Part shown: one piece after another, positions 16,360 to 25,529 of the stretch
Numbering within the stretch: the first letter of the stretch is position 1
Layout of the letters: each line of letters opens with the position of its first letter
DNA from: Gammaproteobacteria bacterium
Lineage (GTDB): Bacteria; Pseudomonadota; Gammaproteobacteria; GCA-001735895
Length of the DNA: 57,023 bases
Reading direction: 5' to 3'
Assembly (NCBI GenBank): GCA_041821565.1
Contig: JBGUEB010000001.1
Location: 1 to 57,023 of the forward strand
Notes under the pieces: generated by a model
The model's input: only the letters and a program-made list of their open reading frames with translations
What the model was told of the DNA's origin: nothing
Databases searched by the model: none
Position numbers and translations under genes: made by a program

Positions 16360-17427
16360 ATGATGAACGAGCAAACCATTCCCGACGAAGATTTCATGTA
16401 CCAGGCGCTTGTTAACCGCGATAGCAGCCTGGAAGGCATATTTTATTTCGGTGTGCGGACCACCGGCATTTTCTGTCGCCCTACCTGTAGTGCGCGTAAG
16501 CCCAAAAAAAAGAACGTTGATTATTTCGATTCGGTGCAAAGCGCGCTCGATTCCGGTTATAGACCCTGTAAGGTATGTACGCCCTTAACAAAGGCGGGGG
16601 AAGCACCCGACTGGTTGTGCAACTTACTCGACGAGGTGCACGCGGCTCCGGAGGAAAGTTACAAGGACGAAGACCTGCAAATGCGCCAGATTGATCCGGC
16701 CCGAGTTCGACGCTGGTTCCAGAAACACCATGGCATGACTTTTCACGCCTATATCAAGGCGCTGCGAGTAAACCGAGCCTTTGAGAAGATGAAAAATAAC
16801 CACGATGTTACCAGTACGGCCTTCGACAGCGGTTACGATTCACTCAGTGGGTTCCACCAGGCGTTCAGCGACACCACCGGTTTCAGCCCATCGCAATCTA
16901 AAAATCAATCATTGGTGAATATCACGCGGTTGAGTACACCGCTAGGACAAATGTATGCCGGTGCCAGTGAACAGGGCCTGTGCCTGTTAGAGTTTATCGA
17001 TCGCAAAATGATCGATGATCAGATTGCACAGTTGCAAAAGCAATTGAAGGCTCGCTTCGTCACCGGGGTTAACCAGCATCTGACGGCACTGGAGACGCAA
17101 CTGGCTGAATACTTCGCGGGTAAACGGCGTAAGTTCGATATTCCTCTCGATGTGCGCGGCAGCGAGTTTCAACAAAAAGCCTGGCAGGCTCTGCAGCAGA
17201 TTCCCTATGGTGATACCCGTTCGTACCAGCAACAGGCTGTCGCTATCGGCAATGAGAAAGCGGTACGGGCTATCGCCAGTGCGAATGCAAAAAACCGCAT
17301 TGCAATTGTCATTCCCTGCCACCGGGTGATCGCAAAAGACGGCGGACTCGCTGGCTTCGGCGGGGGTGTCTGGCGCAAAAAATATTTACTCGATCTGGAA
17401 AAACAAAATAATAGCGAACAAGCTTGA
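16360..17427 (+). CDS. ada: Bifunctional Ada-type regulator / methylated-DNA--protein-cysteine methyltransferase
   Basis: N-terminal Ada Zn-Cys motif ('FCRPTCSARKP..C..C'), a central AraC-type HTH, and the C-terminal active site 'IPCHRVI'. Confidence 0.88.
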   Translation: MMNEQTIPDEDFMYQALVNRDSSLEGIFYFGVRTTGIFCRPTCSARKPKKKNVDYFDSVQSALDSGYRPCKVCTPLTKAGEAPDWLCNLLDEVHAAPEESYKDEDLQMRQIDPARVRRWFQKHHGMTFHAYIKALRVNRAFEKMKNNHDVTSTAFDSGYDSLSGFHQAFSDTTGFSPSQSKNQSLVNITRLSTPLGQMYAGASEQGLCLLEFIDRKMIDDQIAQLQKQLKARFVTGVNQHLTALETQLAEYFAGKRRKFDIPLDVRGSEFQQKAWQALQQIPYGDTRSYQQQAVAIGNEKAVRAIASANAKNRIAIVIPCHRVIAKDGGLAGFGGGVWRKKYLLDLEKQNNSEQA

Positions 17428-17447
17428 ACGTTCGAAATTCACTCTTT

Positions 17448-17554
17448 CCCCTCACCCCAACCCTTGCTATGCCCTCGGGTGCTCCCCGGAGGGGCGAGGG
17501 TGAAAACAGCAATGTCGTCGACAAAGTCAACACCTTCTCCCCTGGGGGAGAAGG
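17448..17554. repeat. REP-like palindromic units (family shared with 25190-25366)
   Basis: 17448-17502 is cccctcaccccaacccttgctatgccctcgggtgctccccggaggggcgagggtg. 17533-17554 is the perfect palindrome ccttctcccc-tg-ggggagaagg. Confidence 0.8.
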
Positions 17555-17730
17555 CATGGATGAGGGGGTAAAGCAATCGAAACTAGTAATAGTGATTAAC
17601 CCTCTGATCTACCATATATCCCATCACTCCAGTCCAGTAAACTCGATTCAGAGATAGCGGCCAGTATCAAATAATGTTCAAATAAGCTAAGCATTAGAAA
17701 CTAAATAAAACTCCAGTTCGAGGATCAGGT

Positions 17731-19182
17731 ATGGCCGAAGAAAACCATAATTATATTGCAGGCGAATGGGTTGCCGGGGCGTCTGAAATTGCCAATATCA
17801 ATCCCTCCGATTTATCGGACACTGTCGGACTGTATGCGCAGGCTGATAATGTGCAACTACAGAATGCGCTGGACGCGGCGGCGGTTGCGCAGATCGCCTG
17901 GAGTAAAACAGGTTTGGAGGCGCGATATACCGCTTTAATGAATATAGGCAACGAGTTAATCGCCAATTGCGAGGAACTCGGTACTTTGCTCGCGCGCGAG
18001 GAAGGCAAACCCCAGGCCGAGGGCAAGGGTGAGGTTTACCGTTCGGGACAATTCTTTACTTATTATGCCGCCGAGGTATTACGCCAAATCGGTGACAACG
18101 CTGACTCGGTTCGTGATGGTATCGAAGTCGACGTACGACGTGAACCGGTGGGCATAGTTGCAGTCATTTCACCGTGGAATTTTCCGATGGCTACGGCCGT
18201 GTGGAAAATTGCGCCCGCACTCGCGTTTGGCAATGCGGTTATCTGGAAACCAGCGAATATTGTGCCGGCCTCGGCCGTGGCTTTAACGCGCATCATCGAC
18301 AAACAGAATCTACCCAGTGGCCTGTTCAGCCTCGTAATGGGCTCCGGCAGTACTGTGGGTCAGCACTTGATCGAGAGTCCCATGGTGAACGCGATCAGTT
18401 TTACCGGCTCGGTGCCCGTCGGGCGCGGTATAGCCAAATCGGCGATTGAAAATTTCACCAGGGTACAGCTCGAAATGGGTTCCAAAAACGCGCTCGCGAT
18501 TATGGATGATGCCGACATGGATATCGCAGTTGCCTGTGCCTTGAACGGTGCCTTCGGCAGCACCGGGCAAAAATGCACGGCTTCATCAAGGCTGGTGGTG
18601 CACAGCAAGATTCACGATGCTTTCGTTGATCGCCTGGTAGAAGCCGCGCAATCAATGGTGGTGGGTCATGCGCTCGAAGCCGGCACCCAGATCGGGCCAG
18701 TCGCGAGCGAGGCGCAATTGAAACAGAACCTGGACAATGTGGCGCTGGCGAAAAAAGAAGGCGGTGAACTGCGCTGTGGTGGCGAACAGGTTGAGCGTGC
18801 CACGCAGGGGTATTTCATGACACCGGCGGTTTTTAGCGGTACTCAAAACGACTGGCAGGTGAATCGCGAGGAACTGTTTGCGCCCATGGCCTGCGTGATC
18901 AAGGTCGATTCATATGAAGAAGCCCTGCAGACCGTGAACGATACCCGCTTCGGTTTGACCGCGGGCATCATCACTACCAGTCTTGCGCGCGCCGCAGATT
19001 TTCGGCGTAAGGTGCGAACCGGGTGCGTAATGGTCAACCTGCCGACCGCGGGTACCGATTACCACGTGCCATTTGGCGGTCGAGGTGAAAGCTCTTACGG
19101 TCCGCGCGAACAGGGGCAGTATGCGAAAGAATTTTATACCCACGTGAAAACCGCTTATATCGCCTCTGGCCTGCCCGCCTGA
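17731..19182 (+). CDS. NAD(P)-dependent aldehyde dehydrogenase (alpha-ketoglutaric-semialdehyde-dehydrogenase-like subgroup)
   Basis: 483 aa. 'SPWNFP', 'LEMGSKNA' (catalytic Glu region) and 'GQKCTA' (catalytic Cys). Resembles B. subtilis YcbD-type ALDHs more than BetB. Confidence 0.88.
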   Translation: MAEENHNYIAGEWVAGASEIANINPSDLSDTVGLYAQADNVQLQNALDAAAVAQIAWSKTGLEARYTALMNIGNELIANCEELGTLLAREEGKPQAEGKGEVYRSGQFFTYYAAEVLRQIGDNADSVRDGIEVDVRREPVGIVAVISPWNFPMATAVWKIAPALAFGNAVIWKPANIVPASAVALTRIIDKQNLPSGLFSLVMGSGSTVGQHLIESPMVNAISFTGSVPVGRGIAKSAIENFTRVQLEMGSKNALAIMDDADMDIAVACALNGAFGSTGQKCTASSRLVVHSKIHDAFVDRLVEAAQSMVVGHALEAGTQIGPVASEAQLKQNLDNVALAKKEGGELRCGGEQVERATQGYFMTPAVFSGTQNDWQVNREELFAPMACVIKVDSYEEALQTVNDTRFGLTAGIITTSLARAADFRRKVRTGCVMVNLPTAGTDYHVPFGGRGESSYGPREQGQYAKEFYTHVKTAYIASGLPA

Positions 19183-19194
19183 GGAGATTTCATA

Positions 19195-20181
19195 ATGCGG
19201 GCTAACAGTTATCGAATCGATGCTTTGCAGTACGCCAACTGGTCGAAGAAAATTTTTCGACAAATGCGCGAGGGTAAGGTAGATGCAGTGCATGTCACCA
19301 TTGCCTACCATGAAAACTTTCGTGAAACAGTGGCTAACATCGAAGCCTGGAATAGCGATTTTGAACGTTTTCCAGATTTGATTTTCCAGGGTAAAACCGG
19401 AGAAGACGTGCGCCTCGCGCGCGCGACCGATCGTACTGCTATTTTCTACGGCTTTCAAAATCCGTCCCCAATGGAAGACGATATTCGCCTGGTCGAGATT
19501 CTGCATACCCTGGGCGTCCGCTTCATGCAGCTAACCTATAATAACCAGTCTTTGCTCGGTACCGGATGTTACGAGAATAACGATTCCGGCATTACGCGCA
19601 TGGGAAAGGAAGTGATCGAGGAGATGAACCGCGTCGGACTGGTCGTGGATATGAGTCATTCCGCCGAACAATCGACATTGGAGGCGATAGAGATCAGTTC
19701 GCGTCCGATAGTCATTACGCATGCCAATCCTGGATTCTGGGAACCGGCTTTACGAAACAAGTCCGATACCGTACTGCGCGAACTTGGTGCATCAGGCGGC
19801 ATGCTCGGTTTCAGCATGTACCCGCATCATTTAAAAGGCAAAGGAGATTGCACGCTACAAAGTTTCTGCAAAATGATTGCGGCGACTGCCGAGCTGATGG
19901 GTGTCGACCATATCGGACTCGGCTCTGACCTGTGCCAGGATCAGCCGGATTCGGTGGTCGAATGGATGCGCGTCGGTCGCTGGACCAAAAAGATCGATTA
20001 TGGTGAAGGCTCGGCCGGCAATGCTGGTTTTCCGCCGATGCCGAACTGGTTCAATGATAACCGCGATTTCGGCAATGTTGAGCAGGGCCTGCGAGATGTA
20101 GGTTTCAGTGATGAAGATACTGGAAAAATAATGGGTGATAACTGGCTTCGATTCTTTGATGAGAATTTCGGGCCCGAATGA
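19195..20181 (+). CDS. Membrane(renal)-dipeptidase family (peptidase M19) protein
   Basis: 328 aa. 'DMSHS', 'ITHANP' and 'GLGSD' motifs. GAGGAG RBS 7 nt upstream. Confidence 0.8.
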   Translation: MRANSYRIDALQYANWSKKIFRQMREGKVDAVHVTIAYHENFRETVANIEAWNSDFERFPDLIFQGKTGEDVRLARATDRTAIFYGFQNPSPMEDDIRLVEILHTLGVRFMQLTYNNQSLLGTGCYENNDSGITRMGKEVIEEMNRVGLVVDMSHSAEQSTLEAIEISSRPIVITHANPGFWEPALRNKSDTVLRELGASGGMLGFSMYPHHLKGKGDCTLQSFCKMIAATAELMGVDHIGLGSDLCQDQPDSVVEWMRVGRWTKKIDYGEGSAGNAGFPPMPNWFNDNRDFGNVEQGLRDVGFSDEDTGKIMGDNWLRFFDENFGPE

Positions 20182-21881
20182 ACACTAACTCACAGAAAGA
20201 TAATCGGTTCGACTGTGCGCATCTAAACCCGATGCCAGAGGCAGCGGCTTACCGGCGCCCGCCAGAAGTGGTCATGCGCCTGGCGCGCATGGGCAGTTTT
20301 CATCAAACCAGGCTGTCCTTCATGCGTAGCCTGTTGCGCCGGCTGAAGAAAGAAAAGTGGCGATTCAAACGCCCAGTCTGGGAAATTGGAGATGAAGGAT
20401 ATGGGCGTGCCGTCTATACCGTCATAGGCCCGCAACGTAGTTATTCACTGGTCGCATTTTCGCATAAGCTAGCCGATGACATGCGTTCCGACCGGGTTAT
20501 AGCCACCGCCTGGGACGCAACCTTTGCCCTGTTCGATGGGGTGCCGACCAGTGACGATCTGGATCGATTGCAGGAAAACGTTCCCAGGCAGGAAGCCGGT
20601 CGCATCAGCGATAGCGAGTTGAGCCTGTCGCGGGCGAACCGTTCGGTGCGATTATGGAAGCATGTCATCGACAGTCTCGCGGCAGGGCGGCAACCCGATC
20701 GCCAACAACTGGAGTCGGTCGGCTACCTGGTGCGTACTACTGCGGTTTATGGTTCAGGGAAATTTGGCGCCGCCGATCGATTGACGATCTGCGATCGACC
20801 CGAGCTCAGCGGCCCGTTCCAGGCGGAAATGTTATCGGTCTGGCTCACGCGCGCGTTTTCAATCGACCTGGTTGAACATATTGCGAAAGCCGTCGGCGGC
20901 TCAAAAGCAGTGGTAATAGATTCGGATTTACGCCGACGCATTGGCGTCGGTAATTCAACCGGTTTGGGTATGGCGCCATTTTTAATTAACCATCCGGTCC
21001 TGCTCAATAACTGGATGTTCGCGCGTGAAGAGGCGCTGGCCAGGGTACGCTCGCTTGCCGAGACCAGCACAGGGGCAATTGAAGTTTTCAAACAGCAGCT
21101 CGGCCAGGCAAAGTTTAATGTCTCGCAATGGCATTCCGAACACCCGATACAAATACGGAAACTGCAGCAACTCGGTGCAGACCTGGAAAAGATGACGGCT
21201 TATGTTGAAACCGAATCGTTGAGCGGGAATCATCCCTGGGATCGTTTTTATCGTTGGGCTGAAGAGCAGCTGTCACTGGAGGGGCAGGAGCAGTTGCTGT
21301 CATTAATGCTGGAACCTTACGGTGAGATGGTAGACGGACTGACACAGTGCATGGATGCCGACGAACATCGCAGCTTTTTTATCGATGGTTCGATGGGCAT
21401 AGGCCGTATGCGGGAAATTATTGAAGACCAGTGTGACTGGGCAATCTCAGTTGACTACCAGGAAAACAAAAATCGAGCCCGATTCTGGTACACCTCGGTG
21501 GAAAAGCTTGAACCGCGCGTGGGGGAACGATTCGAAGAAGCGGGTGCGGAGTATGAACAACCCCTCTGTATCGGCTATTTTATACGGCAATTGTACGATG
21601 ACTTGCTCGAGTGGGATCGCGATCAGAGCATTGCCGGATTTTTACTCGCCCATCCGCAGCACCGTCATACAGTCCGACGCGTCCAGACCCTGGTATCACA
21701 TCCCTACTCCGAGATACGCGATAACCTCATAGCTGCCGACATGCTGCCAATCGATTTACTGCGCTGCAAGCTGTCGTTCTTTGGCGCCACCAAATTTGAT
21801 CCGCGCTCCGATCGTTGGGTGCGTATCTGCATGTATCAGGACGCGCCCTTCCCACACGAGTTGTTGGCTAGAGTCGAATGA
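20178..21881 (+). CDS. Conserved-looking hypothetical protein, 567 aa, no recognisable domain
   Basis: Long uninterrupted ORF. ATGA overlap with the dipeptidase stop indicates translational coupling. No motif I can assign. Confidence 0.7.
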   Translation: MNTNSQKDNRFDCAHLNPMPEAAAYRRPPEVVMRLARMGSFHQTRLSFMRSLLRRLKKEKWRFKRPVWEIGDEGYGRAVYTVIGPQRSYSLVAFSHKLADDMRSDRVIATAWDATFALFDGVPTSDDLDRLQENVPRQEAGRISDSELSLSRANRSVRLWKHVIDSLAAGRQPDRQQLESVGYLVRTTAVYGSGKFGAADRLTICDRPELSGPFQAEMLSVWLTRAFSIDLVEHIAKAVGGSKAVVIDSDLRRRIGVGNSTGLGMAPFLINHPVLLNNWMFAREEALARVRSLAETSTGAIEVFKQQLGQAKFNVSQWHSEHPIQIRKLQQLGADLEKMTAYVETESLSGNHPWDRFYRWAEEQLSLEGQEQLLSLMLEPYGEMVDGLTQCMDADEHRSFFIDGSMGIGRMREIIEDQCDWAISVDYQENKNRARFWYTSVEKLEPRVGERFEEAGAEYEQPLCIGYFIRQLYDDLLEWDRDQSIAGFLLAHPQHRHTVRRVQTLVSHPYSEIRDNLIAADMLPIDLLRCKLSFFGATKFDPRSDRWVRICMYQDAPFPHELLARVE

Positions 21882-21897
21882 AGTTGGTTCGTATTGA

Positions 21898-22551
21898 ATG
21901 AAACAGAAACACCCGCTTGCTGAAATCGAATTCTATTTGCGCAAGGCGGCACAGGCGGTGGGACTGGGCTGGGGACTTTCTGAAGAGGCAGGCAAGGCAG
22001 CTCGCTGGCTGTCCGCGTTTGGGTTGCCCGGTGCCGAATTCATGCTCGCGCATTTGCAACAACTGGATGGTAAAGATTACAGGCAGTACCAGCCATCGAA
22101 CCTGAATCATGTCTGGCAGGCACAGGGTGAGTTTCTATGTCCCGTTATTACCGGCGCGGCGCTCGCAGATCGATCAGATCAGATGTTGAGCGGGACAGAA
22201 TTCAGGCTTGGCGCGGTCGCCTATCCCTTATTGCTGGTGGCGATAATTGGGCAAGCGGCCAGATATCACCGTACCACCTTTACCACTAGCTGGGCCGGGG
22301 TTAGTATTAGTTGTTATGAAAATGGCATAAGAGTCGAAGGCAATAGAGATGATCTGTTAGTCACCGGGACTGATTCTGTGAAGTGTGTACAATCAAAGGA
22401 TACAAACCCGCAGTCTCTGCCGTCGACCCTGGCCTGTGATATCGATAACGATGCATGGGCAGCTATCGATAAACTGGCATTTAAAACCTATGCGCCCGCA
22501 ACTGCGGAATCACGCGCCGGTGCGGGTGCGGGTTTGACGGATAACGACTAG
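21898..22551 (+). CDS. DUF3726-like protein
   Basis: 217 aa. 'GLGWGLSEEAGKAARWL' near the N-terminus and C-terminal 'GAGAGLTDND', which I recall as DUF3726 hallmarks. Confidence 0.6.
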   Translation: MKQKHPLAEIEFYLRKAAQAVGLGWGLSEEAGKAARWLSAFGLPGAEFMLAHLQQLDGKDYRQYQPSNLNHVWQAQGEFLCPVITGAALADRSDQMLSGTEFRLGAVAYPLLLVAIIGQAARYHRTTFTTSWAGVSISCYENGIRVEGNRDDLLVTGTDSVKCVQSKDTNPQSLPSTLACDIDNDAWAAIDKLAFKTYAPATAESRAGAGAGLTDND

Positions 22552-22597
22552 TAACTGGTAACTGGTTGTGTGGCTTAAATAAAGTAAGGAGAAGATT

Positions 22598-23056
22598 ATG
22601 CCCTGGTGGGGTTGGATAATATTTGGTGCGTTTTTGTTTGGCTCGGAGCTGTTGTTAGTCGATGCTGCCTTTTACCTGGTTTTTATTGGCATCGCGGCTA
22701 TTGTCACTGGCCTGGTTGGTTTGGCCGGATTGCAGCTGGAACACTGGGCTCAATGGCTGCTGTTCGCCGTCCTGTCGCTGGGTAGCATGGTGTTGTTTCG
22801 CGAAAAACTGTATAAAAAAATTCGTGGTGGTGGGCCAGGGTTTGATGCCAGCCCGAACGGTGAAATTTTAAAGCTGCAAGAAAGCCTGCAACCCGGTGAT
22901 CGCTGCAGAATGGAACATCGAGGCACCAACTGGACGATATTGAACAGCAGTGCGGGAGTCATCGAAAAGGGTAGTAATGTGCAGGTTACCAGTGTCGAGG
23001 GCCTGACCTTAAAAATAGGACCAATTAAAAACCAGTCAATCGAGGAAGAGAAATGA
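22598..23056 (+). CDS. NfeD-family membrane protein
   Basis: 152 aa. N-terminal TM helices and a C-terminal OB-like soluble domain. ATGA overlap with the SPFH gene (classic NfeD-stomatin pair). Confidence 0.8.
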   Translation: MPWWGWIIFGAFLFGSELLLVDAAFYLVFIGIAAIVTGLVGLAGLQLEHWAQWLLFAVLSLGSMVLFREKLYKKIRGGGPGFDASPNGEILKLQESLQPGDRCRMEHRGTNWTILNSSAGVIEKGSNVQVTSVEGLTLKIGPIKNQSIEEEK

Positions 23057-23997
23057 TTATTTTTGAAAATATAAGTTTCTGGGTAGCTATCGCTATCGCA
23101 ATTATCGCGATTATTATAATCGCCAAGACCGCGGTGGTAGTTCCTCAGCAAAGTGCCTACGTCGTCGAAAGCCTGGGTAAATACAGCCGAACGCTTCGAG
23201 CCGGTTTCAGTATATTAATCCCGTTTATTGAAAAAGCGGCTTACAAACACAGCCTCAAGGAACTGGCCCTTGATATACCCGAACAGATTTGTATCACCAG
23301 GGACAACGTGCAGGTTGGTGTCGACGGTGTTTTGTACCTGCAAGTGCTCGACCCAGAGCGGGCCTCGTATGGAATTACCGATTATGCCTTTGCCATTTCT
23401 CAGCTCGCACAAACCACGCTGCGCAGTGAAATGGGTAAGATAGACCTGGATCGTACCTTTGAGGAAAGGGCTTCGATCAATGCCAATATCGTTGCCGAAC
23501 TCGACAAGGCTTCGGATCCCTGGGGCGTAAAAGTCTTACGTTACGAGATAAAAAATATTAATCCGCCTACGGATGTTCTCAGTGCGATGGAGAAACAGAT
23601 GCGTGCGGAGCGAGAAAAGCGAGCGGTGATATTGACTTCGCAAGGTGTAAGAGACGCCAACATTAACGAGGCCGAAGGCGAGAAACAGAAGGTAATCAAG
23701 GAATCTGAAGCAAACAAACAACAACAGATTAATGAAGCCGAAGGCCAGGCCGAAGCCATTCTTGCGATAGCCGCCGCCACCGCGGAAGGCCTTAGTAGAG
23801 TGGCTAAAGCGCTCAACGAAGAGGGTGGTCAGTCTGCGATGCAACTCCGCGTTGCCGAGAATTACCTTGAGCAATTCGGCAATATTGCGAAACAGGGTAA
23901 TACCCTGATAGTACCGGCCAACCTGGCCGACATTGCGTCGATGATTTCGCTCGCAACCAATATTGTTAAGAAGGGATCGGCCGAAGGACAAGCTTAA
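23053..23997 (+). CDS. SPFH/Band 7 (stomatin/paraslipin-like) protein
   Basis: 314 aa. N-terminal TM segment, SPFH core ('ITRDNV.V.VDGVLY.QV.D') and a Glu/Ala-rich coiled-coil tail. Confidence 0.9.
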   Translation: MIIFENISFWVAIAIAIIAIIIIAKTAVVVPQQSAYVVESLGKYSRTLRAGFSILIPFIEKAAYKHSLKELALDIPEQICITRDNVQVGVDGVLYLQVLDPERASYGITDYAFAISQLAQTTLRSEMGKIDLDRTFEERASINANIVAELDKASDPWGVKVLRYEIKNINPPTDVLSAMEKQMRAEREKRAVILTSQGVRDANINEAEGEKQKVIKESEANKQQQINEAEGQAEAILAIAAATAEGLSRVAKALNEEGGQSAMQLRVAENYLEQFGNIAKQGNTLIVPANLADIASMISLATNIVKKGSAEGQA

Positions 23998-24017
23998 CCC
24001 GGTAACCACCGGGCGTT

Positions 24018-24521
24018 ATGAAGACCTTCCGATCACCCAAAATAGAAGTTCGTGACGACACACTTTGTGGTCGTGGTGTTGTCGCGCTTGAACATATAAG
24101 CAAAGACGAAATTGTCGCGATTAAAGCTGGTCATGTAGTTAACGCCGAACAACTGGTGAAAATCAGTGCCGAGGTGGGGGATTTTGCCCTGCAAATCGAT
24201 GACGATTTCTATCTCTCGCCGACTTGTCCTGAAGAAGTCGACGACATGACTGTATTCATCAACCATTCATGCGACCCAAACGTTGGTTTCCTGGGGCAGG
24301 TGATCTATGTTGCGATGCGCGACATTAAGCTGGGTGAAGAATTATTCCACGACTATTCGATGGAGCGTTCGGATGGCTACTTTCTCGAATGTCATTGTGG
24401 CAGCCCAAAGTGTCGCCACCAGGTGACGGGGAAGGACTGGCAATTGCCGGAATTGCAGGAACGCTACGGGCGCTACTTTTCCATTTACCTGCATCAGAAA
24501 ATAGATGCCGGCAAGTCCTGA
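24018..24521 (+). CDS. SET-domain protein (putative protein-lysine N-methyltransferase)
   Basis: 167 aa. 'INHSCDPN', 'ELFHDY' and post-SET 'C.CGS..CR'. Confidence 0.85.
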   Translation: MKTFRSPKIEVRDDTLCGRGVVALEHISKDEIVAIKAGHVVNAEQLVKISAEVGDFALQIDDDFYLSPTCPEEVDDMTVFINHSCDPNVGFLGQVIYVAMRDIKLGEELFHDYSMERSDGYFLECHCGSPKCRHQVTGKDWQLPELQERYGRYFSIYLHQKIDAGKS

Positions 24522-25170
24522 TTTAATCATTTTTGATTGTGACGGTGTACTGGTAGACAGCGAGCGTATCGCCAACCGTGTTTTTGCGCGGGTGCTTGAA
24601 GAAGAATGTAGTTTAATTCTGTCGCTGGAACAAATGTTTGATCATTTCGTCGGTCACTCGCAGGCACAATGCCTGGCAATAATAGAAGAAATGACCGGAA
24701 CCCCGCCACCACCAGGCCTTGGTGAGCGTTATCGAAATGAAATCAACCGCGAGCTGGCCGAGTCAGTGGTCGCGGTAAATGGAATCGAGGTAGTTCTGGA
24801 AGCTCTTGATACACCTTATTGTGTGGCATCCGGTGGTTCGCATGAAAAAATGCGAACCACGCTCGGCAAAGCTGGCCTGGCAAAATATTTCGACGGCAAC
24901 CTGTACAGTGTTTCCGAGGTTGCCCGCGCCAAGCCCTTCCCGGATGTATACCTTCACGCGGCGCAGTCCATGGGCGTTGATAATCCAGAAAAATGCCTGG
25001 TAATAGAGGATAGCCCGGTAGGGGTTAGCGGTGCAGTCGCGGCACAGATGACAGTGTTTGGCTACTCTGAATTAATGAAAGCCGACAAGTTACTTGCCGC
25101 CGGTGCTCATCATACATTTGATCAGATGGATAATCTGATGGAAGAGATTATCAGATATAGACAGAATTGA
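24505..25170 (+). CDS. HAD-superfamily hydrolase (subfamily IA phosphatase-like)
   Basis: 221 aa. Motif I 'IFDCDGVLVDSE'. Overlaps the SET gene by 17 nt. Confidence 0.85.
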   Translation: MPASPDLIIFDCDGVLVDSERIANRVFARVLEEECSLILSLEQMFDHFVGHSQAQCLAIIEEMTGTPPPPGLGERYRNEINRELAESVVAVNGIEVVLEALDTPYCVASGGSHEKMRTTLGKAGLAKYFDGNLYSVSEVARAKPFPDVYLHAAQSMGVDNPEKCLVIEDSPVGVSGAVAAQMTVFGYSELMKADKLLAAGAHHTFDQMDNLMEEIIRYRQN

Positions 25171-25189
25171 AGATATTGTGCATGTTTTA

Positions 25190-25481
25190 CACCCTCTCCC
25201 CTGCGGGGAGTACCCGAGGGCATAAAAGGGTCGGGGTGAGGGGGAATAGGGGTAACCCCCTCAAGCTTCCGCTCCTGCTCACGCCCCTTACCGGAACGCC
25301 GCCCGCACCATCCATGTAGGCAATCCCTGCCTTCTGCGAGGCGTCGCACCGCCCCAGGGGAGAAGGAGTTAAGTACCTTGGAAATTCCGCCACCAGATAC
25401 CGACTTCGAATATCGACTGCTCACATGGTATTTCGTGACCAAAAGCGCTAGAATGCGCGCCCTCGCCTACATGGATGTAGG
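25190..25481. repeat. Cluster of REP-like palindromic units upstream of mnmG
   Basis: 25190-25243 is the reverse complement of the 17448-17502 unit. 25352-25366 is the rc of ccttctcccctgggg. catccatgtagg (25309-25320) and cctacatggatgtagg (25466-25481) form an inverted pair. Confidence 0.8.
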
Positions 25482-25529
25482 TGGTAGAGCAATGCAGGAG
25501 CAATTGCCGAATTTGGTTAGCATGGCATA

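Noticed and set aside
17309-17657. Small ORFs (77-82 aa) here and at 25122-25442 (68-106 aa) rich in P/G/E/R
   Set aside because: They are read through REP-like palindromes on both strands. They are the expected translation artefacts of such repeats.
25171-25529. Possible oriC in the 360-bp spacer upstream of mnmG (gidA), as in E. coli and Vibrio
   Set aside because: The spacer is GC-rich and filled with REP-like palindromes. I found no TTATCCACA-type DnaA boxes and no AT-rich 13-mers. The gene order resembles Pseudomonas, where oriC lies near dnaA.
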